Positions 54,214 through 63,534 of a DNA stretch of 64,000 nt are shown here, piece by piece. Under the pieces are notes generated by a model that had not been told where the DNA came from, ran no database searches, and worked only from the letters and a program-made list of their open reading frames with translations. The position numbers were made by a program, and so were the translations under genes. How positions within the stretch are numbered: position 1 is the stretch's first letter; every line of letters starts with the position of its first letter. The stretch comes from a virus (taxonomy: Duplodnaviria; Caudoviricetes). The stretch lies in IMG/VR virus record IMGVR_UViG_3300033069_000956, positions 3,810 through 67,809 of that record; one strand, given 5' to 3'.

Positions 54214-55256
54214 TGGCACGTGAAGGTTTCAAGGCCACTCCGGCCGATCGCCGGCAGATGCACGAAATCGCTGGCAGCGATGATGTCCCCGATCGCGTGA
54301 CCGTCGACCTCGACGGCGACGATCCTAACGCCTACGAAATCGTGGTGGTCGACGACACTCCCGACGAGGACAAGGGCAAGCCCACCAAATGGGACGGAAA
54401 GTCGACCACCGAAGAACCCCCGCTTCAGGGCGTCCACCCCAAGGTGCAAAAGCGCATTGACCGCTTGCGCGCCGAAACGGAGACTGAACGCCGGGCCCGC
54501 GAGGCCGCGGAACGGCGCGAGCAGGCCGCTGTGCAATTGGCGCAGCAGCAGGCCGAAGAGCTTACGGATCTGCGGCGGCGGCTCGACACCGGGTCCACGG
54601 CGCTAGCTGCGTCAATGAAAGAGCAGCGCGAATCCCGGATTGAAGACGCCAAACGACGGCTTAGCCAGGCGTACGCCGACGGCGATTCCGACGCCATCGC
54701 GCAGGCAACGACCGACATGTCCGCCGCTCAGGCGGAGTTAGCGCAGATTGCTTCTCGCACGGCGGCCCGCCCGGCACCGGCGCAGGAACAGGACCGCCAG
54801 CCCCAACGGCAGACGCAGGCGGCAGCCCCGCAGCTACCCCCCGATGTCATCGGGTGGATCAGCAAGAACTCAGCGTGGTGGCAGAAAGACGCCGCCAAGA
54901 CCGACTTCGCCCTGTCACTCGACCGGACCATCCGGGCCAAGGGTGTGCAGCCCGGAACCCCCGGGTATACAGCAGAACTGGACAAAGGAATGGCCGCGGT
55001 GTATCCAGAACATCAGCCTTATCGTTCGTCATCTGATGACGATAACGATGACCCTGTTCGCGAGGAGCGCTCCAATCCTCGCCGGACCAACGTCGTTGAC
55101 AGGGGCGCGCGGGAAGAACCCGCCGGCCAAGGTCAGCGGCGGCAAGTGGAGTTGACGGCTTCCGAGGTAGCTATCGCCAACCGACTTCGGGTGCCGCTCG
55201 CCAAATACGCAGCTGAAAAACTGCGGCGAGACCAGAATGGAAAAGGTGGCGCATGA
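54213..55256 (+). CDS. Capsid scaffolding protein
   Basis: Acidic N-terminus, VQKRIDRL coiled-coil, C-terminal LTASEVAIANRLRVPLAKYA. Confidence 0.75.
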   Translation: MAREGFKATPADRRQMHEIAGSDDVPDRVTVDLDGDDPNAYEIVVVDDTPDEDKGKPTKWDGKSTTEEPPLQGVHPKVQKRIDRLRAETETERRAREAAERREQAAVQLAQQQAEELTDLRRRLDTGSTALAASMKEQRESRIEDAKRRLSQAYADGDSDAIAQATTDMSAAQAELAQIASRTAARPAPAQEQDRQPQRQTQAAAPQLPPDVIGWISKNSAWWQKDAAKTDFALSLDRTIRAKGVQPGTPGYTAELDKGMAAVYPEHQPYRSSSDDDNDDPVREERSNPRRTNVVDRGAREEPAGQGQRRQVELTASEVAIANRLRVPLAKYAAEKLRRDQNGKGGA

Positions 55257-55747
55257 TGGAGACCGAGATGAACGATCCCTGGGCCGCTCTTGAAGAGCCA
55301 TCCACCAGGACCCCCCGGTCCCTCGAAACGCGCGAGAAGACATCTCGACGCGACGGTTGGAAAGAGCCGACAATGTTGCCCGACCCGACGCCACGAGACG
55401 GTCTCGTGTTCAAATGGGTACGGGCATCCGCACGCGGAAACGACGACAAGGTCAATGTTGACAAGCGTTTCCGTGAAGGGTGGGACCCGGTTCGCGCCGA
55501 AGACCATCCCGAGATCCTCCAGGAATGGCGGATGACGCAGAAGACGGGCATCATCGAGTTCGGTGGGCTTATCCTCTGCTCCATGCCGCAGGAGTATGTC
55601 GACCAGCGAAATGCGACTTACCTCAACCGCGCTAAAGTCGAGCTGAATTCCGCCGAAGAGCACTACATGCGCGACAACGACGAGATCATCAAGAAGTTCA
55701 AGGAGAACCGTCGAGCGACGGTCTTTGCGGACAAGAGGTCTCGTTAG
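55253..55747 (+). CDS. Conserved head-module hypothetical protein
   Basis: FKWVR...N....REGWDPV...GGLILC. Confidence 0.7.
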   Translation: MMETEMNDPWAALEEPSTRTPRSLETREKTSRRDGWKEPTMLPDPTPRDGLVFKWVRASARGNDDKVNVDKRFREGWDPVRAEDHPEILQEWRMTQKTGIIEFGGLILCSMPQEYVDQRNATYLNRAKVELNSAEEHYMRDNDEIIKKFKENRRATVFADKRSR

Positions 55748-55775
55748 GCCGCTTTTCCATCAGGAGAAACCCACA

Positions 55776-56369
55776 ATGTCTGCTACCGCCAATCCGTACG
55801 GCATGATCCCGGTCCAGAACCAGGGCGCGCAGTACAACTCACAGGGGTTCGAACACGTTCCGATCCTTGACACCTACGCCACGTCCATCTTCTTTGGCGA
55901 CGTGGTAAAGCTCGGCTCGAACAACACGCTTGAGAAAGACACCGGCACGTCGACCTTGACGCCATACGGTGTGTTCCTCGGCTGCCAGCTGATCTCGCCG
56001 ACACTCGGCTATTTCCAGACGCAGCAGTTCTGGCCCGGCGGCACCACCACCGGCTACACCACTTACCCGAACTTCCCGATGGGCCTGGTCTCGACCTTCC
56101 CGTGGGGCGTTTGGCAGATCCAGGCCGACGGCCCGGTCACCTGGGCCAATGTCGGCGCCAACGCCGCCATCGTCCAGACTGCCGGCAGTGCGCTGCTGGG
56201 CAAGAGCCGCAACGCCCTCAACGCGGCGTCGATCAACACCACCGACACCCTGCCGTTGCGCATTGTCGGGCTGGTTGAGTCGCCGACCAATGCTTCGGGC
56301 GATGCGTTTACCGATGTGCTTGTGGTCTTCAATCAGACCCAGCAGATCCTCACTGCGACGGGAGTTTAA
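55776..56369 (+). CDS. Capsid cement/decoration protein
   Basis: ATG 55776 with AGGAG; NPYGM.PV, IFFGDVV, GVFLGC, LPLRIVGL; just before MCP. Confidence 0.7.
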   Translation: MSATANPYGMIPVQNQGAQYNSQGFEHVPILDTYATSIFFGDVVKLGSNNTLEKDTGTSTLTPYGVFLGCQLISPTLGYFQTQQFWPGGTTTGYTTYPNFPMGLVSTFPWGVWQIQADGPVTWANVGANAAIVQTAGSALLGKSRNALNAASINTTDTLPLRIVGLVESPTNASGDAFTDVLVVFNQTQQILTATGV

Positions 56370-56372
56370 GAA

Positions 56373-57296
56373 ATGGCTGCTATCTCTCGTGCCCAGTTGC
56401 TCCGCGAGCTTATCCCGGGGCTGAACGCAATCTTCGGTATGTCGTACAACGAGTACCCGATGGAGTTCGGTGAAATCTACACCGAGTATTCTTCGGATCG
56501 TTCGTTCGAACAGGACCAGAAGGTCACCGGTTTCCAGACTGCACCGGTCAAGCAGGAAGGCTCTGCCACCCTGTTCGACACCGCGCAGGAAGGTTACACC
56601 TCGACCTACGTCATGGAGACCATTTCGATGGGCTTCGCGCTGACGCAGGAAGCCTTCGAAGACAACCTCTATGACTCGCTCAGCTCGCGGTACTCCCGTG
56701 AACTCGGCCGCGCCATGCGCAACACCAAGGAGATCAAGGCGGTTGTCCCGTTCAACACCGGCTTCACGGCGCTCGCGTCGGGCGGCTATGGTGTCGGCGA
56801 CGGCGTCCCGCTGTTCTCGACCGCCCACCCCCAGGTGGCCGGCCCTGTCATCTCCAACCGTCCGACTGTCGCCGTCGACCTGAATGAGACCAGCCTTGAA
56901 GCTGCGACCATCCAGATCTCCGGCTGGACGGACGATCGTGGTAAGCTGATCCAGGCGCGCGTGCGCAAGATGATCGTTCCCAAGGAATCGATCTACATTG
57001 CCACCCGTATCCTTGAAACCCAGCTGCAGACTGGCACGGCGAACAACGACATCAATGCCGTCAAGGCGATGTCAGCGGTGCCGGAAGGGTTCACCACGAA
57101 CCACTACCTGACTGATCCGGATGCCTGGTTCTTGACCACCGACGTTCCCGAAGGTGCCAAGTACTTCAACCGTATTCCGGTGTCTGAAGATAGTGATGGT
57201 GATTTCGATACCGGGAATATTCGGTATCGCCAGCGCGAGCGTTACGCCTTCGGATTCAGTGACTACCTGGCCATATGGGGTTCGCCAGGTGCTTGA
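56373..57296 (+). CDS. Major capsid protein
   Basis: MAAISRAQLLRELIPGLNAIFG...YL TDPDAWFL...FDTGNIRYRQRERYAFG. Confidence 0.92.
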   Translation: MAAISRAQLLRELIPGLNAIFGMSYNEYPMEFGEIYTEYSSDRSFEQDQKVTGFQTAPVKQEGSATLFDTAQEGYTSTYVMETISMGFALTQEAFEDNLYDSLSSRYSRELGRAMRNTKEIKAVVPFNTGFTALASGGYGVGDGVPLFSTAHPQVAGPVISNRPTVAVDLNETSLEAATIQISGWTDDRGKLIQARVRKMIVPKESIYIATRILETQLQTGTANNDINAVKAMSAVPEGFTTNHYLTDPDAWFLTTDVPEGAKYFNRIPVSEDSDGDFDTGNIRYRQRERYAFGFSDYLAIWGSPGA

Positions 57297-57326
57297 TATT
57301 CCTAGGGTTTCCTAGGATACAACAGG

Positions 57327-57359
57327 AAAAGGGGCCTCACAAGGGCCCTTTTTTCTTTT
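57327..57359 (+). terminator. Rho-independent terminator after MCP (preceded by TCCTAGG-GTTT-CCTAGGA hairpin, 57300-57317)
   Basis: GGGGCCTCACAAGGGCC followed by TTTTTTCTTTTT. Confidence 0.7.
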
Positions 57360-57425
57360 AGCAGTTGCGTTGTTTTTGATACTGTGCTATTCAAGTTTCG
57401 TTGTATCCTACATCGGAGACTTGAA

Positions 57426-58277
57426 ATGGAATGCGTAGAGTGCGGGCAAGACCGCCCGATCGCCGCGCGCGGCTTGTGCCGCACGTGCTACTCCCGTTGG
57501 CAGCGGAACCCTTCCTTTACCCGAGCCGAGACCGCGGACCGCGGTGCGTGCTCCGTTGAGGGTTGCGAAGCCAAGGTTCACGGCCAAGGGCTGTGTTCAA
57601 AGCACTTGCTGCGGTTGCGCCGTACAGGCACCACGGCGCCAGGGCGCGCGTACCCCCAGAAAACCAACACCGTTTCGCAGCACGATCTCTACGCGCAGTG
57701 GACGGAGTTTCGCCGGGTGAAGAATACCCGCCCGGTGGTGGACCACTGGAAGGAGGATTTCGCAGTCTTTGTGCTGGAGGTTGGTGGCGCGCGACCTTCC
57801 AGACGCCATCGGCTCTACCCTATTGATCGGTCCAAACCGATGGGCCCAGGTAACTTTGAGTGGCGGGAAGCGCTGGTCAAGAAGGAGGAAGGTGAGAGTT
57901 CGGCCGACTATAATCGCCGCCAGAAGGCAGCGCACAAAAAGATGTACCCAGGCCAGTACAAGGATTCGAACCTGAGACGAAACTTCGGCCCCGACTTTGG
58001 GCTCGAACAATACGACGTGCTGTATGCCGAACAGCGCGGCAAGTGCGCGATCTGCGGCAACGTAGAGACCGCTAAGGACATAGCCGGCAACGTCAAGATG
58101 CTGGCAGTCGAACATGACCACCGGACGGGCGCCATCCGCAGTCTTGCTTGCCTGTCCTGTAATGCGGTGATTGGCCATGCGGCGGACGACGTCCGTATCC
58201 TGCAAGCCGCCATTGAGTATCTGGTCAAGCATAACGCCCAGCCCGGTGAAACTCGTTTCGTGGAGCGCGCCGAATGA
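57426..58277 (+). CDS. Endonuclease VII-family (His-Me) homing-type endonuclease
   Basis: N-terminal Zn fingers; QRGKCAICG...LAVEHDHRTGAIRSLACLSCNAVIG. Confidence 0.82.
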   Translation: MECVECGQDRPIAARGLCRTCYSRWQRNPSFTRAETADRGACSVEGCEAKVHGQGLCSKHLLRLRRTGTTAPGRAYPQKTNTVSQHDLYAQWTEFRRVKNTRPVVDHWKEDFAVFVLEVGGARPSRRHRLYPIDRSKPMGPGNFEWREALVKKEEGESSADYNRRQKAAHKKMYPGQYKDSNLRRNFGPDFGLEQYDVLYAEQRGKCAICGNVETAKDIAGNVKMLAVEHDHRTGAIRSLACLSCNAVIGHAADDVRILQAAIEYLVKHNAQPGETRFVERAE

Positions 58278-59041
58278 CCCAACACATCGTCGCCCTGTCC
58301 GGCGGTAAGGACTCGACCGCCATGGCGCTGGCGCTCGCCGAGAAAGAGCCACGCGACTACATCTACATCATCACGCCTACCGGCAATGAACTGCCGGAGA
58401 TGTACGCGCACTGGAAGAAGATCGCCGATCTGCTCGGCAAGCCGCTGACGCCCCTCGTCGCCAACGGCAAGCTGTTCGCCTCGCATACGCTCAAGACGTT
58501 GATCATGGAGCAGCGGGCACTGCCCAACCACCGTCAACGCTGGTGTACGCGCATTCTGAAATTGGAGCCGTACTATGAGTGGCTCGCCACCCAGACGCCG
58601 TGCGTCTCCTATGTCGGACTGCGCGCCGACGAGGAGAGCCGGACCGGCATGGTGTTCCCGGACGCCGACGGTGTGCAGATGCGGTTCCCGATGAAGGAGT
58701 GGGGCTGGACCATCGAGACTGTGCTTGACTTCCTCGCTGAGCGCGGCGTCACCGTGCCGGAGCGTACAGACTGCGCCGTGTGCTTCTGGCAGAAACTCGG
58801 CGAGTGGTTCATTCTCTGGCGCGATTACCCCGACATGTACGCCGAGGGCGAGGCGATGGAAGCCTACGTGACGCAGCAGCGGAACACGCCCTATACCTTC
58901 CGTTCGCCGGATCGGGATGCGTGGCCAGCCGGACTGGCGGATCTGCGCCGCGAGTTCGAGAAGGGGCGAGTGCCGCAGCGCTCGCTCGACATGATGGACA
59001 AACGCCGGTTGTCCGGCACTTGCCGAGTGTGCACGCTATGA
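58274..59041 (+). CDS. PAPS-reductase-family (PP-loop) protein
   Basis: ALSGGKDSTAM, TPTGNELP, RWCTRILK, GLRADE, FPMKEWG, CAVCFWQ, terminal CRVC. Confidence 0.82.
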   Translation: MTQHIVALSGGKDSTAMALALAEKEPRDYIYIITPTGNELPEMYAHWKKIADLLGKPLTPLVANGKLFASHTLKTLIMEQRALPNHRQRWCTRILKLEPYYEWLATQTPCVSYVGLRADEESRTGMVFPDADGVQMRFPMKEWGWTIETVLDFLAERGVTVPERTDCAVCFWQKLGEWFILWRDYPDMYAEGEAMEAYVTQQRNTPYTFRSPDRDAWPAGLADLRREFEKGRVPQRSLDMMDKRRLSGTCRVCTL

Positions 59042-59361
59042 GAGAGGAAGTCGTAAAGTCCATCCAGTACGAAATCTTCATGGCCGGTGACATCGCGCAG
59101 GCTAAGCAGGTGTGCCGAGAGTACTGCCGGGTTGGGTTGTGTGTCACCATAGAGCCCTGCGATTACATCTACACAGGCGGTGAAGAGGTCGGGTTCCGAA
59201 TCGGCGTGCGGAATTACCCCCGTTTCCCAAGTACGGATGACGACCTGAAGTGCCATGCCTTCGCACTAGCACCTCGGTTGGCCAACGCCTGTTGCCAGCA
59301 TTCGTACATGGTGGTCGGCCCCGAAGATACGTGGTGGACAACGAGCCGAGAACAATCGTAA
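59038..59361 (+). CDS. Hypothetical protein
   Basis: ATGA coupling; CVTIEP..YIYTGGEE.G......NYPRFP. Confidence 0.65.
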   Translation: MREEVVKSIQYEIFMAGDIAQAKQVCREYCRVGLCVTIEPCDYIYTGGEEVGFRIGVRNYPRFPSTDDDLKCHAFALAPRLANACCQHSYMVVGPEDTWWTTSREQS

Positions 59362-59404
59362 CCTGACCGCGCCTCCTTGACAGACAGCACGACAAACGAC
59401 TCCC

Positions 59405-59434
59405 GCCCGGCCTCACCGCCGGGCCTTTTCTTTT
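59405..59434 (+). terminator. Rho-independent terminator
   Basis: GCCCGGC-CTCACC-GCCGGGC followed by CTTTTCTTTT. Confidence 0.75.
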
Positions 59435-59543
59435 CCCCTACCCCGGTGTACTCTCGAAGCCCATCGAGACCATCCAACCCCTCTTGGCCGAGCTCGACGG
59501 CTGCTGCTGCAACGAGGAGGGGTCGAGCTTTGCAGGAGCGACC

Positions 59544-60512
59544 ATGACTACCTTCGCAGACGGCCTCTTTCAGTACGGCGGCCAGCCCGTCAGTTCTGGC
59601 CTTCCCCCCACCCCCGGCAACCTGTACTTCGTCGATTACACCAATGGCGTCGATACGAACTCCGGCTATGGTCGCAACCCGACCAAACCGTGGAAGACGA
59701 TCGAGTACGCCTACAGCCAGGCGACTTCCGACAACGACGACATCATCTGTCTCCAGGGCAGCGCTACGCACGTGCTCTCGGCCATGCTCACGGTCGCCAA
59801 GAACCGCGTGCACTTCGTCGGCGTTGACGGCACCAATGGCCGCCTCTACGGCCAGAACGCCAAGGTCAGCCTGACAGCCACCTCCGGCGCCAGCAACATC
59901 GGCACGATGCTCAACACCGGCGTCCGCAATTCGTTCACCAACATCAAGTTCATCAACGCCTCGACGGTGGCCCAGGGCCTCTACTGCGTGGTCGAGGGCG
60001 GCGAATACGCGCTCTATCAGAACTGCGAGTTCTACAAGTCCACGGATCTCAACGAGACCACGGCTTCGGAACTTGTGCTCAACGGCGACAGCGCGCAGTT
60101 CTTCAACTGCACCATCGGCTCGCTGGCGGACCTGCTGGTCGGCAACATCATCCGTCCCTGCGTCGACCTGACCAAAGAGATTGCCGGCGCCGGCAAGGTG
60201 ATGCGTGACTGCACCATGACGAACTGCTCGTTCTGGCGCAATCTCGCCGGTACGGCTGGCGTGTTCATCCGCGCTGCCGCTTCGGCGGATGTCGAGCGCC
60301 TGCTGATGCTGAACAGCCCAACCTTCGTGGCGGCCAATCTTGGCTCGACCCCGGCGGTGTGCATCAGCTCTGGAGCCACGCTGCTTGATGGCTGGATCGC
60401 CGTCAACAACCCGGCAGCTTTCAACGTCACCAAGATCGCTACCGCGACGGGTATCCTCGTCAACGGCGCCGCGCCAAACTCCGGCACTGGTATCGCGGTC
60501 AACGCGGCCTAA
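59544..60512 (+). CDS. Beta-helix (pectate-lyase-like) virion protein
   Basis: ATG 59544 with AGGAG; YFVD...G.D.N.G.....PWKTI..A opening motif and Asn/Thr/Gly beta-helix pattern. Confidence 0.7.
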   Translation: MTTFADGLFQYGGQPVSSGLPPTPGNLYFVDYTNGVDTNSGYGRNPTKPWKTIEYAYSQATSDNDDIICLQGSATHVLSAMLTVAKNRVHFVGVDGTNGRLYGQNAKVSLTATSGASNIGTMLNTGVRNSFTNIKFINASTVAQGLYCVVEGGEYALYQNCEFYKSTDLNETTASELVLNGDSAQFFNCTIGSLADLLVGNIIRPCVDLTKEIAGAGKVMRDCTMTNCSFWRNLAGTAGVFIRAAASADVERLLMLNSPTFVAANLGSTPAVCISSGATLLDGWIAVNNPAAFNVTKIATATGILVNGAAPNSGTGIAVNAA

Positions 60513-60517
60513 CCCAT

Positions 60518-60547
60518 GGGCGGCCCTTCGGGGCCGCTCTCCTTTCC
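60518..60547 (+). terminator. UUCG-tetraloop hairpin/terminator
   Basis: GGGCGGCCC-TTCG-GGGCCGCTC then TCCTTT. Confidence 0.6.
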
Positions 60548-60560
60548 GAGGAGATGAGCC

Positions 60561-61217
60561 TTGCCCTATTTTTCGCTCGACATGGACCCGGCCAACACGT
60601 CCACCAACGGTATCGCCCAGGCGCAGACCACCGGCGCCGCCGCCAACCTTCTGCTGAACGGCAGCCAGGTCAGCGGCGGAGTGTGGAGCCTGACCAGCGC
60701 GGGTTACTCTTCGGGTGTCGGCGGCGCGCGCATCCTGATTGATTCGGCCGGCGATGTCAGTTCGGTTATCTTCACCGTGACTGGCACCGACCAGGACGGT
60801 ATCGCGCGCACCGAGGCCATCACCGGCGTCACCACGACTGAAGTGGTCTCCACCACGTTCTGGAAGACGATCAGCCAGATTGCCGCCAGCGCAGCCGTGG
60901 CGTCCAACGTTAACGTCGGTACCACCAGCCAGATCGTGTCCAAGACCCTGCCGCTCAACTGGCGCAACAACTGGCCCGCGACCTTCGTGGTCGGCGGCGT
61001 CACCGGTACGCTGCAGTACGACATCGAGGAAACCTCTTCCGAGCTCACGGCCAGCACTGACCCTTCGACGCTGGTCTGGGGCGTGTCGCAGTCGAACAAG
61101 ACCGCGGACCTGACAGGCTCGCTGCTCAACTACTCGACGGCGGCGCGGCTGCGCTTTGACAGCTACTCGTCAGGGGCCGAGCTGCAGCTGGCGCTGCGGC
61201 AGAACGATTACCGGTAG
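60561..61217 (+). CDS. Virion structural protein
   Basis: TTG start after GAGGAG; Thr/Ala/Gly/Ser-rich, 218 aa. Confidence 0.7.
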   Translation: MPYFSLDMDPANTSTNGIAQAQTTGAAANLLLNGSQVSGGVWSLTSAGYSSGVGGARILIDSAGDVSSVIFTVTGTDQDGIARTEAITGVTTTEVVSTTFWKTISQIAASAAVASNVNVGTTSQIVSKTLPLNWRNNWPATFVVGGVTGTLQYDIEETSSELTASTDPSTLVWGVSQSNKTADLTGSLLNYSTAARLRFDSYSSGAELQLALRQNDYR

Positions 61218-61226
61218 GAGACCGTC

Positions 61227-61922
61227 ATCACCACCTCGGGGACCACAGACTTCCAGCTCAACATGATCGAAGCCATCGAAGAGGCTTTCGAGCGCTGCGA
61301 GCTGGAAAGCCGTTCAGGCTACGATATGCGTACGGCCCGCCGCAGCATCAACTTGATGATGCTCGAATGGGCCAACCGCGGCTTGAACATGTGGACCTAT
61401 GAAGAGCGCACGCAGCTCCTGACTTACGGTGTCAGCGAATATAGCCTCGGCGCGGATCTGGTCGATGTGCTCGAGCAGGTGGTGCAGTTGCCGCCCGGCA
61501 GCACCGGCCAGCAGTTGAGCCGCTACAACATGACGCGCGTCTCGATCAGCACCCAGGCCACGCGCACCAACCCAACGGTCACCGGCCGTCCGGTCGAGGT
61601 CTATTACAACCGTGGCACTGCCGGCGTCACGGCGCACGTCTGGCCGCTGCCCGGTACCAACGGTCCCTATACGCTGGTCTATTGGGTGCTGCGCCGGATC
61701 GAGGACGCCGGGGCGTTCACCAACACCGGCGATTTCCCGTTCCGCTTCCTGCCCGTGTTTGTGGCCGGGCTTGCCTACTACCTCGCGCAGAAGAAGCGGC
61801 GCGATCTCGTGCAAGTTCTCAAGGATGAGTACGACGAGGCGTGGGCTAATGCTGCCGGGGAGGACCGGGAAAAAGCCACGCTGCGCCTGGTGCCGCGCAG
61901 CTCTTCGTACAGGATCATGTGA
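61227..61922 (+). CDS. Head-tail adaptor (probable AUC start)
   Basis: AGGAG-ACCGTC-ATC gives (M)TTSGTTDFQLNMIEAIEEAFERC; SGYDMRTARRSINLMMLEWANRGLNMWT; PFRFLPVFVAGLAYYL. Confidence 0.8.
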   Translation: MTTSGTTDFQLNMIEAIEEAFERCELESRSGYDMRTARRSINLMMLEWANRGLNMWTYEERTQLLTYGVSEYSLGADLVDVLEQVVQLPPGSTGQQLSRYNMTRVSISTQATRTNPTVTGRPVEVYYNRGTAGVTAHVWPLPGTNGPYTLVYWVLRRIEDAGAFTNTGDFPFRFLPVFVAGLAYYLAQKKRRDLVQVLKDEYDEAWANAAGEDREKATLRLVPRSSSYRIM

Positions 61923-62260
61923 TGCCATCGGGCGGCGGAACAACCCAATCAAGCACCAGACCGCCATGGGCCCTCGGGCTCTGTGATCGCTGCGGTTTTG
62001 CTTTCAAGCTCAACCAGCTGCATAAAGAAATTTATGACGAACGCGAAAATGGCCTCCTTTGCTGCAGCGTTTGCTTGGATATTGATAACCCCCAGCTTCA
62101 GCTCGGGCGCATGAAGGTGGACGACCCACAAAGTTTGTTTGACCCCAGACCCGATACCGGCGTGCCAGGCTCCACGGGCCTGTTCGGCTGGCTGCCGATT
62201 TCGAACCCCCTGACGAATATCCAATGCCAAGTTGGCAACATCACCGTTCTCGTAGTATGA
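61922..62260 (+). CDS. Small Zn-ribbon virion-module protein
   Basis: ALGLCDRCGF...GLLCCSVCLD.DNPQLQ...DPRPD. Confidence 0.75.
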   Translation: MPSGGGTTQSSTRPPWALGLCDRCGFAFKLNQLHKEIYDERENGLLCCSVCLDIDNPQLQLGRMKVDDPQSLFDPRPDTGVPGSTGLFGWLPISNPLTNIQCQVGNITVLVV

Positions 62261-62286
62261 CATAGCAACAGTCAGGAGACCGCTCC

Positions 62287-62406
62287 ATGAAACCGATCAA
62301 GAAAATCGTCGTCCCCAACAAGATGACCGCCAGCGCCGCCGGCGGCCTTGGCCGCCTCGAGAAGAGCGCAATGGCTCCCAAGGCGGGGAGCAAGAAGCTC
62401 AAATGA
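62287..62406 (+). CDS. Small basic protein (39 aa)
   Basis: AGGAG RBS; MKPIKKIVVPNKMTASAAGGLGRLEKS... Confidence 0.6.
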   Translation: MKPIKKIVVPNKMTASAAGGLGRLEKSAMAPKAGSKKLK

Positions 62407-62582
62407 CCATGCAGACACGCGGCTTCGGCGCCGCCCGCAAGCCCGCCCCGGACAAGCCCATCGACCCCTACTGCATCAGCCCGCAGTTGGCGCCCTCGAC
62501 CCTCACGCCTGAGGCCAAGAAGACCTTCGCGCACTCTGAGGATTACCATGCCGGGCGCGGAAAAGGCGGCGCTCGGAAGTGA
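62403..62582 (+). CDS. Small basic protein (59 aa)
   Basis: ATGA coupling; MQTRGFGAARK motif. Confidence 0.6.
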   Translation: MTMQTRGFGAARKPAPDKPIDPYCISPQLAPSTLTPEAKKTFAHSEDYHAGRGKGGARK

Positions 62583-63244
62583 CCACTCTCGCGACATTGA
62601 CGGCAAACGTCATCAGCTACACGACCAATGACGACGCTGCCTTTGCCGCGATGATTCCGACGTTCATCCAGAACACGGAAGAGCAAATATTTTTTACAGT
62701 ACAAGCGCCGTTTTTTAGAGCGGCGTCCACCGGGACCCTGACCAGCGGCAATCCGTACCTGACACTGCCCACCGGCTTCCTAGCCGCCAGCAGCCTGTCG
62801 ATTGACGCTGGCGCTGAAGGGTGGAAGTTCCTGCTCAACAAGGATGTCGAGTACATCCGCGAGGTCTATCCGGTGCAGTCGGCCACCGGTGAGCCGTTCG
62901 TTTACGCGCAGTTCGACGCCGACCCCGACAACACCACTATCATCATCGGGCCTACCCCCGATGACGATTACACCGGGCAGCTCAATCACTTTTTCAAGCC
63001 GCAGTCGCTCGTCAACGTCCCGACGGGCACGTGGCTTTCGGTCAACGCCTACAAGGCGCTGCTCTACGGCACCCTGCTCGAGTCCAGCAATTGGATGAAG
63101 CGCAACGGCGGCATTGACAACATGGCCGACACCTATAACCAGGAGTTCCTGATCGGCCTCCAGGGCCTCAAGAACCTCGGCGAATCGCGCGACCGCAAGG
63201 ACACTTATCGCAGCGGCGAAAAGAGAAAGCCGGAGGCAGCATGA
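62579..63244 (+). CDS. Tail tubular/adaptor-type protein
   Basis: IPTFIQNTEE.I, YLTLP.GFL, LLNKDVEYIREVYP, GEP..YAQFD, GPTPD..Y, LLYGTL.E. Confidence 0.75.
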   Translation: MTTLATLTANVISYTTNDDAAFAAMIPTFIQNTEEQIFFTVQAPFFRAASTGTLTSGNPYLTLPTGFLAASSLSIDAGAEGWKFLLNKDVEYIREVYPVQSATGEPFVYAQFDADPDNTTIIIGPTPDDDYTGQLNHFFKPQSLVNVPTGTWLSVNAYKALLYGTLLESSNWMKRNGGIDNMADTYNQEFLIGLQGLKNLGESRDRKDTYRSGEKRKPEAA

Positions 63245-63534
63245 GCCTTTCTGTCAACACTGGCCCTGAGGTAGGTTTTGTCGAGACCATCGTCACCAGC
63301 GGGCGCGGGTTAAATCCCGACGAGTTGACGCGCATGATCATGCCGAAGCTGATCTACATCGGCCCCGACGTACCGGCGGATATCCGCGCCGCCGCCGAGG
63401 CGCAGCAGGAACGCATGGCGGCGCTGGTTCGGCATTATTTTGCGCAGGCGCAGACAAGCCAGAACACGACGGTGTATACCATTCTCAAGGATGCGGGCCA
63501 TGACGAGGCCGCCGAACTGGTAAGGAAACTCTGA
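63241..63534 (+). CDS. Hypothetical virion-module protein
   Basis: TSGRGL.PDEL.....KLIYI; GGAGG RBS. Confidence 0.7.
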   Translation: MSLSVNTGPEVGFVETIVTSGRGLNPDELTRMIMPKLIYIGPDVPADIRAAAEAQQERMAALVRHYFAQAQTSQNTTVYTILKDAGHDEAAELVRKL

